Origin: Fibrobacterales bacterium
GTDB lineage: Bacteria; Fibrobacterota; Fibrobacteria; Fibrobacterales; JAOPTW01
Assembly: GCA_051532035.1 (NCBI GenBank)
Contig: JAOPTW010000085.1
Coordinates: 1 to 39,508, forward strand
DNA: 39,508 bases
Direction of reading: 5' to 3'
Each line of letters starts with the position of its first letter. Position 1 is the stretch's first letter. Position numbers and translations under genes: made by a program. Below the pieces are notes generated by a model. The model searched no databases. It was given only the letters and a program-made list of their open reading frames with translations, and was not told the origin of the DNA. Below are positions 19,031 to 29,581 of this stretch, in pieces.

Positions 19031-22000
19031 ATGAGTGAATATAAATCAGAAAATTTACATAAAGCATTGGGGGATTTTGTTGAAGCAATGCGACTCTATG
19101 TATATACTCTTTTAAGTAAAGAGCATGGTGATAATTGGGTTTCCGTATATATTAAAACATTGTCGCCCAAACAAATTTCAGACTGGGAGAAAGGGGTTAC
19201 CAATGGTAGTACCCCTTCAGCTCTAGTAGATTTCCATAATCTACGTGGCTTTGCACTTGGTTGTAAGGATATTTTGCGAAACGATTTTGGGAGAGATGCA
19301 AATAATTTACCTACTTGGCTTGGAGATATTGCAGAAGTTAGGCATAAATGCAACCACTATCAGCAATTAGATGATTTAGATTTTCAAAATGCTTATGTCA
19401 ATATGTTGAAAATTTCTAAACAATTGAAGATGGATGAGCTTGAAGTGAGGCTAACTCATTACCAAAAGGGTGAAAGTAATAAACCAATTAAAGCTGATAC
19501 CCCAAAAAAAGATGTTAACAATTTTGCAATGTTACCATGGTTTAAAAATATTGAGCCGCACCTTGATATTAAGAATGGTGCATTAGATGAGTCTATCTTT
19601 GCAGCGAACCTTGGTGAAGTAGCTATTGGTAATGGTAGAGAAATTTATCAAAACCATACAATATTTTTCCAAAAAACCTTTTTTACTGAAGGGTTAAAGA
19701 ACATTATTAAACGTGTAGTAAAAGGGTTAAATGGTGGTGAAGAATCAGAAAATCGAGTAGTTTCATTGCAAACTGGTTTTGGTGGCGGTAAAACTCACTC
19801 ACTAATCTCAGTATTTCATATCGCAAAATTAGGCAAATCACTTCAGAATTACTCATATGCTCAATCCATATTTGATAGCTCAAGTTTGCCAACATTTGAC
19901 ACTGCAAAAGTTGCAGTATTTACTAATAGAACTAATGACCCGGCTCAAGGGCGCCGAGCTGATGATGGAACCCATATACGAACTCTGTGGGGGGAAATAG
20001 CCTATCAACTGGGTGGAATTGAAGCATATAATTTAATAAGAGAAAATGATGAGCAAATGGTGTCTCCTAAGGGTACATTTAAAAAAGTATTGACTTCGTA
20101 TTCTCCTGCATTAGTTCTTATTGATGAACTAACCGATTATTGTGTCTCCGCTTCAGGAGTAACAGTAGGTTCTGGTACACTTGCAGACCAGACTATTAGT
20201 TTTGTCCAAGAACTATCTGAATCTATTTCAGAGACAGACAATTGTGTTCTTGTAGCAACCTTACCGGCTAGTGAAACAGAGGTTGCAAACTCACCTAATG
20301 CTGCCCAGCTTTTAACAAGCTTATCAAGTCGATTAGGTAGAGTTGGTGCAGACACAAAGCCGGTAGCAGAAGATGAAATTTACGAGGTAATTAGGAGAAG
20401 GCTTTTTGAAGACTTAGGTGACAAAGATGTAATTGATTCTGTAGTTAACTCCTACTTTGACCTATATAAAAGTTTTGGCATGGAAATGCCTGATTATGCG
20501 TCAAGAATGGAATATAGAGAAAAACTGAAGAAGTCGTATCCATTTCACCCTGAGTTAATTGATATGTTCAGAGTAAGGTGGGCGAGTCATCATGATTTTC
20601 AGCGAACTAGAGGTGTTTTGAGACTACTTGCTGCGATTATATCAGATCTGTGGAAAAGACAAGGATCACTTGTTGGTAATAATTCACTTATACATACAAC
20701 TGATATAAATTTTGCAAATCTCGACTCTTTAAGTGGCCAGTTGAAAAAATTATATGGTAACGGTTATGATGCTGTTATTGATGGCGATGTTTCGGGTGGC
20801 AATTCAAATGCATTCAGAATCGATACTGATAAAAAAGAGTATGGTGATTGTAACTTAGCACAAGGTGTTGCTGCAACAATATTACTCGGCAGTTTTGGTT
20901 CAAGTGCTTCGAATAAAGGTCTCGGTATAAAAGACATCAAACTGTGTGCTATAAAACCTCACTCTTTTAATCATAATCAAATTAATGGTGTATTAGACGC
21001 TCTAGAGAGTAAAGCGCATTATTTATATTATCAGGCAACTGCAGGTTCAATTGATAAGCATTATTGGTTTAGAACTCAACCGAATATTAATATTCTTATT
21101 AATCAAGCAAAAAGTGATATATCCCAAGATGCAATTCATCGTGAGATAATTAGCCGATTAGAAAGTAAAAATAATCCATCGTCAGCATTGAAGTTGTTAA
21201 TATCGCCTTCGGAAGATGTACCGGAGCAAAAACAGCCAACCCTTATTGTGATGCATCCAAGGTTTAGGCATAGTACTAGTGGGTTAACCCAGGAAGGGAC
21301 AGAATTTGTTGAAAAAATATCAACAAAGAAAGGTAATGCTGATAGGGTTTATAGAAATACGTTACTTTTTTTAGTCGCTTCTGAGGTTGGATATGCAAAA
21401 TTAGCTACAAATTTAAAGGACTATTTGGCCTGTAAGAAAATTCAGGATGAGTATAAATCTCAGGTAGATGAAGAGCAAAAAGTCGAATTAAAAAGAAAAT
21501 TTGATGAGGCAAATAGCTCATCAAATAACCATTTGTCATCTGCATACAGCTGTGTCCTCAAGTATTCAGTTAAAGAAGGGGTAGTGTCATATTTGGTCAA
21601 ACAATTTAATGATGATTTCACAAGTCAGCTAAGTAACATTGTTGATTTCTTAAAAGAAGAAGAACTACTGCTGGAAATGGTGGGACTTGGGTTGTTAAAA
21701 AGGAACAATTTGTTGCCAACCGAAACAAATTCAGTACAAACAAAGACAGTTTATGAGACCTTTTTAAGATATGATGATAAACCAATGATACTTAATTCCG
21801 ATGCTATAAAAATGAGCTTGCAACGTTATTGCGTTAATGGGGAGTACGCTATAGCTACGGGTGACCCTGATAAATTTACAAATACATATATTAAAGAGGA
21901 TGTGCCATTCTTTGATGTGCTAGATGAAACTTATTGGTTAGTGCATACCTCTAATGTTGTGGAGTCTGTGGCTGCCCCTGTAGTGTCAACTATTCCAGGT

Positions 22001-22288
22001 AATACCCCGTCAACAGGCGGTAGTGATAATGTAGAAGAAATACCAGTTGATACTGAATCAATTTCAAAAGTTATCAATTCACTTAGAGTCACAGGGAAAG
22101 TTGATCTGGCAAGTTATACGCAAATATTTTCAAGTTTTATTAACCCGTTAATGCAAAATCAGATAGAGATAAATATTGAAATAAAAGCAAAGTCTACTTC
22201 TGCGAATCCATTGAATGAAAACTCCTCAACCTATAAAGTGGTTAAAGAGTCTGCTAAGCAATTGGGGTTAAATTTGGATGTAGATTAG
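19031..22288 (+). CDS. DUF499 AAA+ ATPase with N-terminal Swt1-like HEPN domain
   Basis: EVRHKCNH (R-x4-H); PW...PH.DI...FAA.L, LQTGFGGGKTHSL, TLWGEIAYQLGG, LIDE, YPFHPELI, FQRTRGVLRLLA. Confidence 0.92.
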   Translation: MSEYKSENLHKALGDFVEAMRLYVYTLLSKEHGDNWVSVYIKTLSPKQISDWEKGVTNGSTPSALVDFHNLRGFALGCKDILRNDFGRDANNLPTWLGDIAEVRHKCNHYQQLDDLDFQNAYVNMLKISKQLKMDELEVRLTHYQKGESNKPIKADTPKKDVNNFAMLPWFKNIEPHLDIKNGALDESIFAANLGEVAIGNGREIYQNHTIFFQKTFFTEGLKNIIKRVVKGLNGGEESENRVVSLQTGFGGGKTHSLISVFHIAKLGKSLQNYSYAQSIFDSSSLPTFDTAKVAVFTNRTNDPAQGRRADDGTHIRTLWGEIAYQLGGIEAYNLIRENDEQMVSPKGTFKKVLTSYSPALVLIDELTDYCVSASGVTVGSGTLADQTISFVQELSESISETDNCVLVATLPASETEVANSPNAAQLLTSLSSRLGRVGADTKPVAEDEIYEVIRRRLFEDLGDKDVIDSVVNSYFDLYKSFGMEMPDYASRMEYREKLKKSYPFHPELIDMFRVRWASHHDFQRTRGVLRLLAAIISDLWKRQGSLVGNNSLIHTTDINFANLDSLSGQLKKLYGNGYDAVIDGDVSGGNSNAFRIDTDKKEYGDCNLAQGVAATILLGSFGSSASNKGLGIKDIKLCAIKPHSFNHNQINGVLDALESKAHYLYYQATAGSIDKHYWFRTQPNINILINQAKSDISQDAIHREIISRLESKNNPSSALKLLISPSEDVPEQKQPTLIVMHPRFRHSTSGLTQEGTEFVEKISTKKGNADRVYRNTLLFLVASEVGYAKLATNLKDYLACKKIQDEYKSQVDEEQKVELKRKFDEANSSSNNHLSSAYSCVLKYSVKEGVVSYLVKQFNDDFTSQLSNIVDFLKEEELLLEMVGLGLLKRNNLLPTETNSVQTKTVYETFLRYDDKPMILNSDAIKMSLQRYCVNGEYAIATGDPDKFTNTYIKEDVPFFDVLDETYWLVHTSNVVESVAAPVVSTIPGNTPSTGGSDNVEEIPVDTESISKVINSLRVTGKVDLASYTQIFSSFINPLMQNQIEINIEIKAKSTSANPLNENSSTYKVVKESAKQLGLNLDVD

Positions 22289-22299
22289 TATATAAATTA

Positions 22300-25137
22300 G
22301 AACACCTGGCAGAGACCGGCAAAAAAGCAAAAGCATGGCGCATCGATCTGGTACTCTTTGTAAATGGCCTCCCTATAGTGACTATGGAAATCAAGAGTGA
22401 GTTCAAACAAGATATTCAAAATGCTATTAAACAGTATAAAACAACACGCCCTCCTATAGATCCGGAAACAAAGAAGGCTGAACCGCTCTTAACGTTTAAG
22501 CGTGGCGCAGTAGTCCATTTTGCCGTGAGCCAATTCGAAGTCTATATGACAACGAACCTTAAAGGAAAAGACACCTACTTCTTACCGTTCAATAAAGGAA
22601 CCAAAGATGGGGGTAAGGGCAATGACGTTCCCAAAGATAAAAATGAGTACGCTACGGGGTATCTCTGGAATGAGGTACTGCTCCCGGATAATCTACTCAA
22701 TATCTTAGCACGCTTTGTGCATTTGCAGATTGAAGAGGAAGAGGATTGGGAAGGGCGTAAGTCTAAAAAAGAGACCATGATCTTTCCACGGTATCATCAA
22801 TGGGATGTGGTGACTAAACTGGTGAACGCCGCAAAGACCGAAGGCCCCGGTAATAAATACCTCGTTCAACATAGCGCCGGTTCTGGTAAGTCAAACTCAA
22901 TTGCATGGACCGCACACCAACTCTCGTCACTCTATGATGATGACGGTGATAAACAGTTTGCCTCGGTGATTATTGTAACCGACAGAAACGTACTTGATGC
23001 ACAGCTGCAAGAGACCATCTATCAGTTTGAACATGTAGAGGGTGTGGTAGGAAGGATTAATAACAATGAAGGCGATGGTTCCAAGTCAGAGAAACTGGCG
23101 AGTGCCCTAGAGAACTCACAACCGATTATTATTGTAACCATCCAAACCTTTCCCTTTGTACTCAAAGCCATAGAGAATAACAAAGTCCTCAAAGAACGAA
23201 GCTACGCGATTATCGCCGATGAAGCACACTCCTCACAGACCGGATCGACAGCTAAGAAGCTGAAAGAAGTGCTGATGGTGGATGGTAAAGAGGTAGAAGA
23301 GTATGATGCTGAAGATGTGCTCGATGCGACCGTAGCAAAAGAGAAAAGCAACAACCTCAGCTACTTCGCTTTTACTGCTACTCCAAAACCAAAAACACTG
23401 GAACTGTTCGGTAGATGCCCCAATCTGGCAGAACAACCCTCCGCTACCAATAAACCCATGGCGTATCATGTATATACCATGCGCCAAGCTATCGAAGAGG
23501 GATTTATCCTTGATGTACTCAAACGCTATACCAATTATAAAGTGGCGTATAACCTTGCCCTCAAGATGGAAGGGAGTGACAAAGAGGTCGATTCCAAAGA
23601 GGCAAAAGCAAAACTCACCAAATGGGCACGACTCCATGACTATAATATTGCTCAAAAGGTACAGGTGATAATAGAGCACTATAAGAACCATGTGATGGGC
23701 ATGCTCGGTGGTCAGGCAAAAGCCATGGTGGTAACCAGCTCTCGTAAAGAGGCAGTCCGCTATAAAAAGAACTTTGATAAATATATCGTAGAACAAGGGT
23801 ACCAGAAGATCCACGCAATGATCGCCTTCTCGGGTGAAGTAGAGTTCAGCGAGAAAGACCCTAATAGCGAAGGACTCCTCGGAGAAAAATTCACCGAAAC
23901 CAACATGAACCCCGGACTCAAAGGAAGAGACATGCGTAAAGCATTCGCCACCGATGACTATCAGGTGATGATTGTAGCAAACAAATTCCAGACCGGCTTC
24001 GACCAACCAAAACTCTGCGCTATGTACGTCGATAAGAAACTGACCGGAGTAGAGTGTGTACAAACCCTCTCAAGACTCAATAGAGTGTATCCCGGTAAAG
24101 CCATAAGCGGAACCTATGTACTCGACTTCTTTAATGAACCTGATGAGGTACTCGAAGCATTTCAACCATTCTTCCAGACTGCGGCACTCTCAGAAGTATC
24201 TGACCCTAATATGGTACATACTCTCTTCGAAAAGCTCAGAGGGGCAGGGATATTCAATTGGCAGGAGGTGACCCAGTTCTATGATGCCTTCATGCAAAAC
24301 AGCAAAAGCAACGCTGCTCTAGCCAATATCTGTAAACCAGCGGTAGAACGATGGAAGGTTCGCTTTGTAGCGGCTCGTGAGGCTTATAAGTCTAAACAAG
24401 ACGCACTTGAGCGCATAAAGAAGTTCAAAGACCCTGTACTGCTCGCCAATGCCGAAAATGATTTTAAAGAAGTGAAGGCCCAAAAGGATGAGCTCGAGGT
24501 TTTCCGTAAGGAACTCGGGACCTACGTTCGGTATTTCGAGTTCATGTCTCAGATAGTAGAGTTTGATGATGCCGACCTCGATAAGCTCTGCCTCTTTGCA
24601 AGGCACCTCAGGCCCATGCTCCGTGAAGAGATCATAGATGAAGATGTCCTCGACCTCGAAAACGTCATTATGAGCCACTACCGCCTCTCAGAGATCAGAA
24701 GACAAGACCTCAAGCTCAAAGTAAATAGTGGGGCAGAACTCGATCCTCCCGGAACGGGTGGTGCCAAGAGTACCAAGGATAAGAAGGAAGAGTTTCTCTC
24801 TCAGATTATCACTCGGTTGAATGAGATCTTTATTACGGATGAGCTGACTGATAAGGATATGGTGAGCTATGCCTATACCATCAGAGATACCATGACCGAT
24901 AATGCACGCGTCATGAATCAGATTCAAAATAACACTCCTGAGCAGGCGATGCTTGGTGATTATCCAAAGGCGCTGGAAGAGGCTATTATGGATAGTGGTG
25001 AGGCGCACTCTAATCAGATGATGCAACTTCTGGGAGATCCTCAGAAGTCTAGGGAGTTTGCTCAGGTTGTGTTTGATATGCTAACGGTGATGGGTCAGTT
25101 GCCGGGGCAGGGAGTGGGGAGTTATGTTGGGCGGTAG
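22300..25137 (+). pseudogene. hsdR: Type I restriction subunit R, 5'-truncated (open from 22300; first usable start 22378)
   Basis: Frame reads EHLAETGKKAKAWRIDLVLFVNGLPIVTMEIKSEFKQ from 22300, with an in-frame TAA at 22255 and no start before 22378; FLPFNKG, HSAGSGKS, DEAH, TATPK, TGFDQP, QTLSRLNR motifs present. Confidence 0.88.
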
Positions 25138-25366
25138 TTATCTGTTACATTTTCACATAAAGTAATGGGGCAATACGTACTCCCGTTTAGAAGTAAAGAC
25201 GAATCTAATAACACAAATATTCAGATTTACTGTAAATGATGATTTACTCATATTGAAATAGTTGTCCCACTTTATATATTTTCCATACATCTTTCGAGTA
25301 TGTTTAAAGTAACGTTTTGTTGGTCGAGTGTAGTAAGCGAGATGACATCACATTGGGAGCCATTCT

Positions 25367-27598
25367 TTGTTTTTACCTCTATTATTGTTACTAACAGCCC
25401 TTTCTATTTTGGTAGGGTGCGAAAATAGTATTTATCCAGAACAAGGTTTCAACATCTCAATCACCAATGAGTCGGAATTAAAGGTCGATAGTATCAAAGG
25501 GTTCTACCTTCTTGATTCTATTGAGACTTCTTTTGCATTTGATTCTGATGATCTCATTGTTTCATATTATTCCGCTACGGATTCTACGAAGGCGGGACAA
25601 AAGATAATTCTCGACTTTAGTATTCCATCTGTGAGGCCAAGTGACCTAACAATGGTGTATCAATGCTATATGGATGGTATTCCTTTTTTAACAAAAAACA
25701 TTACCATAGCCACTAATTCAAATATTATACATTCGGAGTATCAATTCGATTCATTAGCGGCAGTGCCACTTAAAAATTATAGAACACAAATTCTCAGTAC
25801 TCAGACTGGTGATAGTACACTTCTTGATTCCCTGATTATAGACCACCTTCTGAGTGATAGCTTACTCCAGGCTGAATCATCATATCTCTATGGACTCTAT
25901 GTTTCGACGGATAGATTTGATACGATTTCTTTTACCCAATCTGTTGTCGATACGATTACCGGCAGGGGTGAATCTGACATATCAACACATTTTAACTCAA
26001 AGTTTTTAGTCGCAATAGAATCGGTACTCGCAGAGTATCCATTGGTATCTGAACCGACCGATATACCTGAGAGTACGGTGTCGAGTTCAGTAACATTTTC
26101 AAGCTCAGTATCATCCTCAAGTCTACTGTCATCATCTCAAAGTATTAATTCAGAAAGCTCACAAGAGAGTATAGTGTCGTCATCAAGTAGCGTTGAGATA
26201 ATCTCATCTAGTAGCAGCCAAAGTTCTACGCTATCTTCTGTAGCTGTACCACTATCATCTTCGATAATTGTGAGTAGCAGTGAGGTATCTTCAAGTAGCA
26301 TAATCATATCCTCAAGTAGTAAAGCTCTATCTTCGAGCTCTTCGGCCTCTACATTTATAGATTCGCGCAATGGCCAAGAATATACTATGGTAAAAATTGG
26401 CACTCAAGTGTGGATGAGTAAAAATCTAAATTTTGATTCAGGGATGGGGAGCTATTGTTACGATGATGATCCCACGCAGTGTGCAACCTATGGTCGCCTA
26501 TACACTTGGGAAACTGCTATGAATGGCGGGTTACCTACTGATGCTGTCCCTTCAAACGTGCAAGGGGTCTGTCCCGATGGGTGGCATTTGCCAAGCGATG
26601 CAGAGATGGAAGTTCTAGCTATGTATGTCGTTATGCAAACAGGTAAAGCAGGTAAGTCAGATGATGACTGGTTAGAAATTGGAGCCTATTTAAAAGCAAA
26701 AGTAGGCTGGAGTGGTGACCTATCTAATACTGATCAATTTGGTTTCAATGGAGTTCCTGCAGGGTATCGTAATGATGCGGGTGAGTATAAATTTAAAGGT
26801 CAAGTGGGGTATTTACTCAGTGCCACAGAAACGCAAGATGGCACATATGCCATTGTCCGTTATACTGCTGCAGAACAGTCTTATTATATGCGTTCAGATG
26901 TGAGTAAAGCGTTGGCTTGGCCTGTGCGTTGCATTCAGGGGGCGGGGGTAAATGAAAATATAAGCTCTTCAGAAGCCAATTCTTCTTCAGCGGAATATAC
27001 ATGGGAAACGATGACAGATGTCAGAGATGGACAGGTTTATAAGATTTCTACTATTGGGGTTCAGACTTGGATGTCAGAAAACTTGAACTATGAAGCTCCT
27101 GCTAATAGTTGGTGCTTTGGTGAAATTGATAGTAATTGCATCAGTTATGGAAGGCTATATACCTGGTCTTCAGTTATGAATGGGGAACCATCAAGTGCCC
27201 TAAATCCATCTGATATTCAAGGTATTTGTCCAGATAGTTGGCACGTCCCTAGTGATATGGAATGGGAGGAGCTGGTGAGTTTTGTTGCGACAAGTACTGG
27301 AGCAATGTCTTATTTAGAAGATGATTGGCAATCTGTAGCACCGTATTTAAAAGCATCAAATGGGTGGGACCTTCCTAATGAGGGTACTAATGATTTTGGC
27401 TTCTCAATTCTTTCAGCAGGATATCGTTTAGCCAATGGAACATCCTATGACCTTGGAGGTCATACGTACTTTTGGACGAGTACAGAGACCTCAAGTGATA
27501 ATGCGTATTTAAGAGGTTTAACTACTAGAGATGTTGTTGCGCGTAATACACTTGACAAAGCCAGAGCATATTCTGTTAGATGTGTCAGGAATGATTAA
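25367..27598 (+). CDS. Lipoprotein with Ser-rich linker and two FISUMP domains
   Basis: Lipobox ILVG-C; poly-Ser linker; two D.R.GQ.Y...IG.Q.WMS.NLN, GRLYTW, CP..WH.PS, VRC modules. TTG start after GGGAG. Confidence 0.88.
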   Translation: MFLPLLLLLTALSILVGCENSIYPEQGFNISITNESELKVDSIKGFYLLDSIETSFAFDSDDLIVSYYSATDSTKAGQKIILDFSIPSVRPSDLTMVYQCYMDGIPFLTKNITIATNSNIIHSEYQFDSLAAVPLKNYRTQILSTQTGDSTLLDSLIIDHLLSDSLLQAESSYLYGLYVSTDRFDTISFTQSVVDTITGRGESDISTHFNSKFLVAIESVLAEYPLVSEPTDIPESTVSSSVTFSSSVSSSSLLSSSQSINSESSQESIVSSSSSVEIISSSSSQSSTLSSVAVPLSSSIIVSSSEVSSSSIIISSSSKALSSSSSASTFIDSRNGQEYTMVKIGTQVWMSKNLNFDSGMGSYCYDDDPTQCATYGRLYTWETAMNGGLPTDAVPSNVQGVCPDGWHLPSDAEMEVLAMYVVMQTGKAGKSDDDWLEIGAYLKAKVGWSGDLSNTDQFGFNGVPAGYRNDAGEYKFKGQVGYLLSATETQDGTYAIVRYTAAEQSYYMRSDVSKALAWPVRCIQGAGVNENISSSEANSSSAEYTWETMTDVRDGQVYKISTIGVQTWMSENLNYEAPANSWCFGEIDSNCISYGRLYTWSSVMNGEPSSALNPSDIQGICPDSWHVPSDMEWEELVSFVATSTGAMSYLEDDWQSVAPYLKASNGWDLPNEGTNDFGFSILSAGYRLANGTSYDLGGHTYFWTSTETSSDNAYLRGLTTRDVVARNTLDKARAYSVRCVRND

Positions 27599-27620
27599 GA
27601 ATACACGCCAAAGATTGTGG

Positions 27621-27638
27621 CTACCTCTTTTGGGGTAG
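27621..27638 (+). terminator. Possible terminator hairpin
   Basis: CTACCTC-TTTT-GGGGTAG about 22 bp after the stop; weak U-tract. Confidence 0.35.
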
Positions 27639-27752
27639 GTGTAAGCTGATTTAAAACAACTACATAATTTTTTAATATTGGAAATTACAACTATTTTTGG
27701 ACTTCCACTGAGTCGGCTGTTTATTGTTCATATAATTTTTAATAACGAATTG

Positions 27753-28110
27753 TAAAAAGGAAGAGTTACTCTCTCAGGTTATCACCCGCCTAAGTGTGAT
27801 CTTTATAACGGATGAACTAACTGATAAAGATATGGTGAGCTATGCCTATACCATCAGAGATACCATGACCGATAATGCACGCGTCATGAATCAGATTCAA
27901 AATAACACTCCTGAGCAGGCGATGCTTGGTGATTATCCAAAGGCGCTGGAAGAGGCTATTATGGATAGTGGTGAGGCGCACTCTAATCAGATGATGCAGT
28001 TACTGGGCGATCCTCAGAAGTCAAAGGATTTTGCTCAGGTGGTGTTTGATATGTTGACTGTTATTGGGGGATTGCCGGGGCAGGGAGTGGGGAGTTATGT
28101 AAATGGATAG
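27753..28110 (+). pseudogene. hsdR: Second copy of hsdR 3' end (348 bp matches 24780-25127)
   Basis: Near-identical DNA to the hsdR tail; diverges after GGAGTTATGT (ends YVNG* instead of YVGR*). Confidence 0.92.
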
Positions 28111-28426
28111 GAGATAATCAATGAATGCAAATACTAGTGTAATCCTCCCAAAAAATCCACTCTTTCTATTAGTAGAATCCTCTAGCTGTTTAAACAGTTA
28201 CAATTAGGATGATAACAAAGTACAATTCATGGAGTTTCGCAAAATAAAGTCAATTATAAATATGCTTGAATTAAAGATTTCGTATACCAGAATACGTAAA
28301 TGTATTGAAATCGTATCCTAAAAAATAGGCTTTAGGTTGCTTACTATAATTAGTTCGCATTAGTGGCTTGATACTCAATACTTCATGACTATATTTTCTT
28401 TATAATACACAAACCATGAGGTTGGC

Positions 28427-29548
28427 ATGTTAAAAACAGTCCTTCTCGTAATCACAGCAATATTCTGCTTACACGCAGAAAATATTCAAAGTAAAGGTTA
28501 TACATACATAAAATTAGATAATGACTTCTTTAAGCTATATGAAGTCACTCCCAATACTGATGAAGGCTATACAAATGGCTTATTCTTTGGAGCACGCTTT
28601 AACATACCTGATAAACCTATAGAGCAAAAACTATATAGTGGTATAATAATGGCATCTAGAGGATTTGAAGCAGGACAAAAAATTTACACACCACGAATAC
28701 TCGACCCAGAAAACGATCCAAGTCTTTCAAATATTCCTGCTGGTGAACGCTATAACTACTGGAAAAAGGCCTATTATCCTAATGACTATAAATATAGTGG
28801 CACTTCATATATTTCCCTCATAGACGAAGTTTATTTTAACTCCCTTCTCTTTCCATTTCAAGACCCAGGTACACTAGATGTTTTTATACCAACACAAAAA
28901 GTATTGCTTGCCTTAACTTTTGGTACCACAGGTAAAAGTTCCCTAGCTGGACCAGTACAAAAAGGCTTTCATCACTTAATTAGGGAATGGGTCGGAGGGG
29001 ATACAACTGAACCATTTGACCCAGTGGGCTGGGATTCTAGTGATGTTGTAATTGATGATGCGGTAATTTTTAATGTTGATATTTCGAGTGAACTCGACCT
29101 GTTTGTACTTGAATCTCCATGCAAATGCATTCCACATCTTACTTCTCAATTACTTGGGGGGGGCAACTATGGGTCTCTAGAACAATCTGCGCATGTAGGC
29201 GCTCGTATAAATTTGTACAGTTTTTTTACCGACAGAATAAAAGTCAGAAAAATTGATAGCAAGGCCCATAAAGAGTTTTCAATTCACTTTTACGTCCAGA
29301 ATAAATATTATTACATCCTTTACAATAGAAACTATGACAACAAGATGTATAACGACCCCGACAGAATGAAAAGAGACAAAGGCCAAAATCACTTTACAAT
29401 TGGCGGGCAAATATCCCTGTGGCACATACAATTCTATCATGAATTTACTTGGAGTTCTCATTTAACTAAAAAAGGGAATCCTACATCCCCGGCAGGTCGT
29501 AACCTTTACCATAAATACGGAACATTTGGCATCAACCTATTGTTTTAA
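28427..29548 (+). CDS. LpxR/DUF2219-like outer-membrane beta-barrel (lipid A 3'-O-deacylase family)
   Basis: Signal peptide; DND.F...TDEGYTNG, GQKIYTP, YSG, G.TG..SLA..VQ..FH, GW motifs; C-terminal Phe. Confidence 0.72.
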   Translation: MLKTVLLVITAIFCLHAENIQSKGYTYIKLDNDFFKLYEVTPNTDEGYTNGLFFGARFNIPDKPIEQKLYSGIIMASRGFEAGQKIYTPRILDPENDPSLSNIPAGERYNYWKKAYYPNDYKYSGTSYISLIDEVYFNSLLFPFQDPGTLDVFIPTQKVLLALTFGTTGKSSLAGPVQKGFHHLIREWVGGDTTEPFDPVGWDSSDVVIDDAVIFNVDISSELDLFVLESPCKCIPHLTSQLLGGGNYGSLEQSAHVGARINLYSFFTDRIKVRKIDSKAHKEFSIHFYVQNKYYYILYNRNYDNKMYNDPDRMKRDKGQNHFTIGGQISLWHIQFYHEFTWSSHLTKKGNPTSPAGRNLYHKYGTFGINLLF

Positions 29549-29581
29549 TAATACATGCAACTATATAACAAAGGAACTCAT

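Larger units (their letters stand above)
10438..22299 (+). other. 11.9-kb AT-rich four-gene defence cassette replacing the centre of the hsd locus
   Basis: Lies between the hsdM 5' fragment and the hsdR 3' fragment; hsdS absent; composition visibly changes at both ends; no integrase or transposase inside. Confidence 0.75.

Noticed and set aside
10426..22363. 10-bp direct repeat CTCTTTGTAA at the hsdM break (10426-10435) and in hsdR (22354-22363) as a target-site duplication
   Set aside because: hsdR homology starts about 54 bp upstream of the second copy, and intervening hsd DNA is deleted, so it is not a clean TSD; it may be chance (both encode LFV).
4103..27598. Diversity-generating retroelement acting on FISUMP domains
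   Set aside because: No reverse transcriptase and no TR/VR pair differing only at adenines; the three FISUMP domains are diverged throughout.
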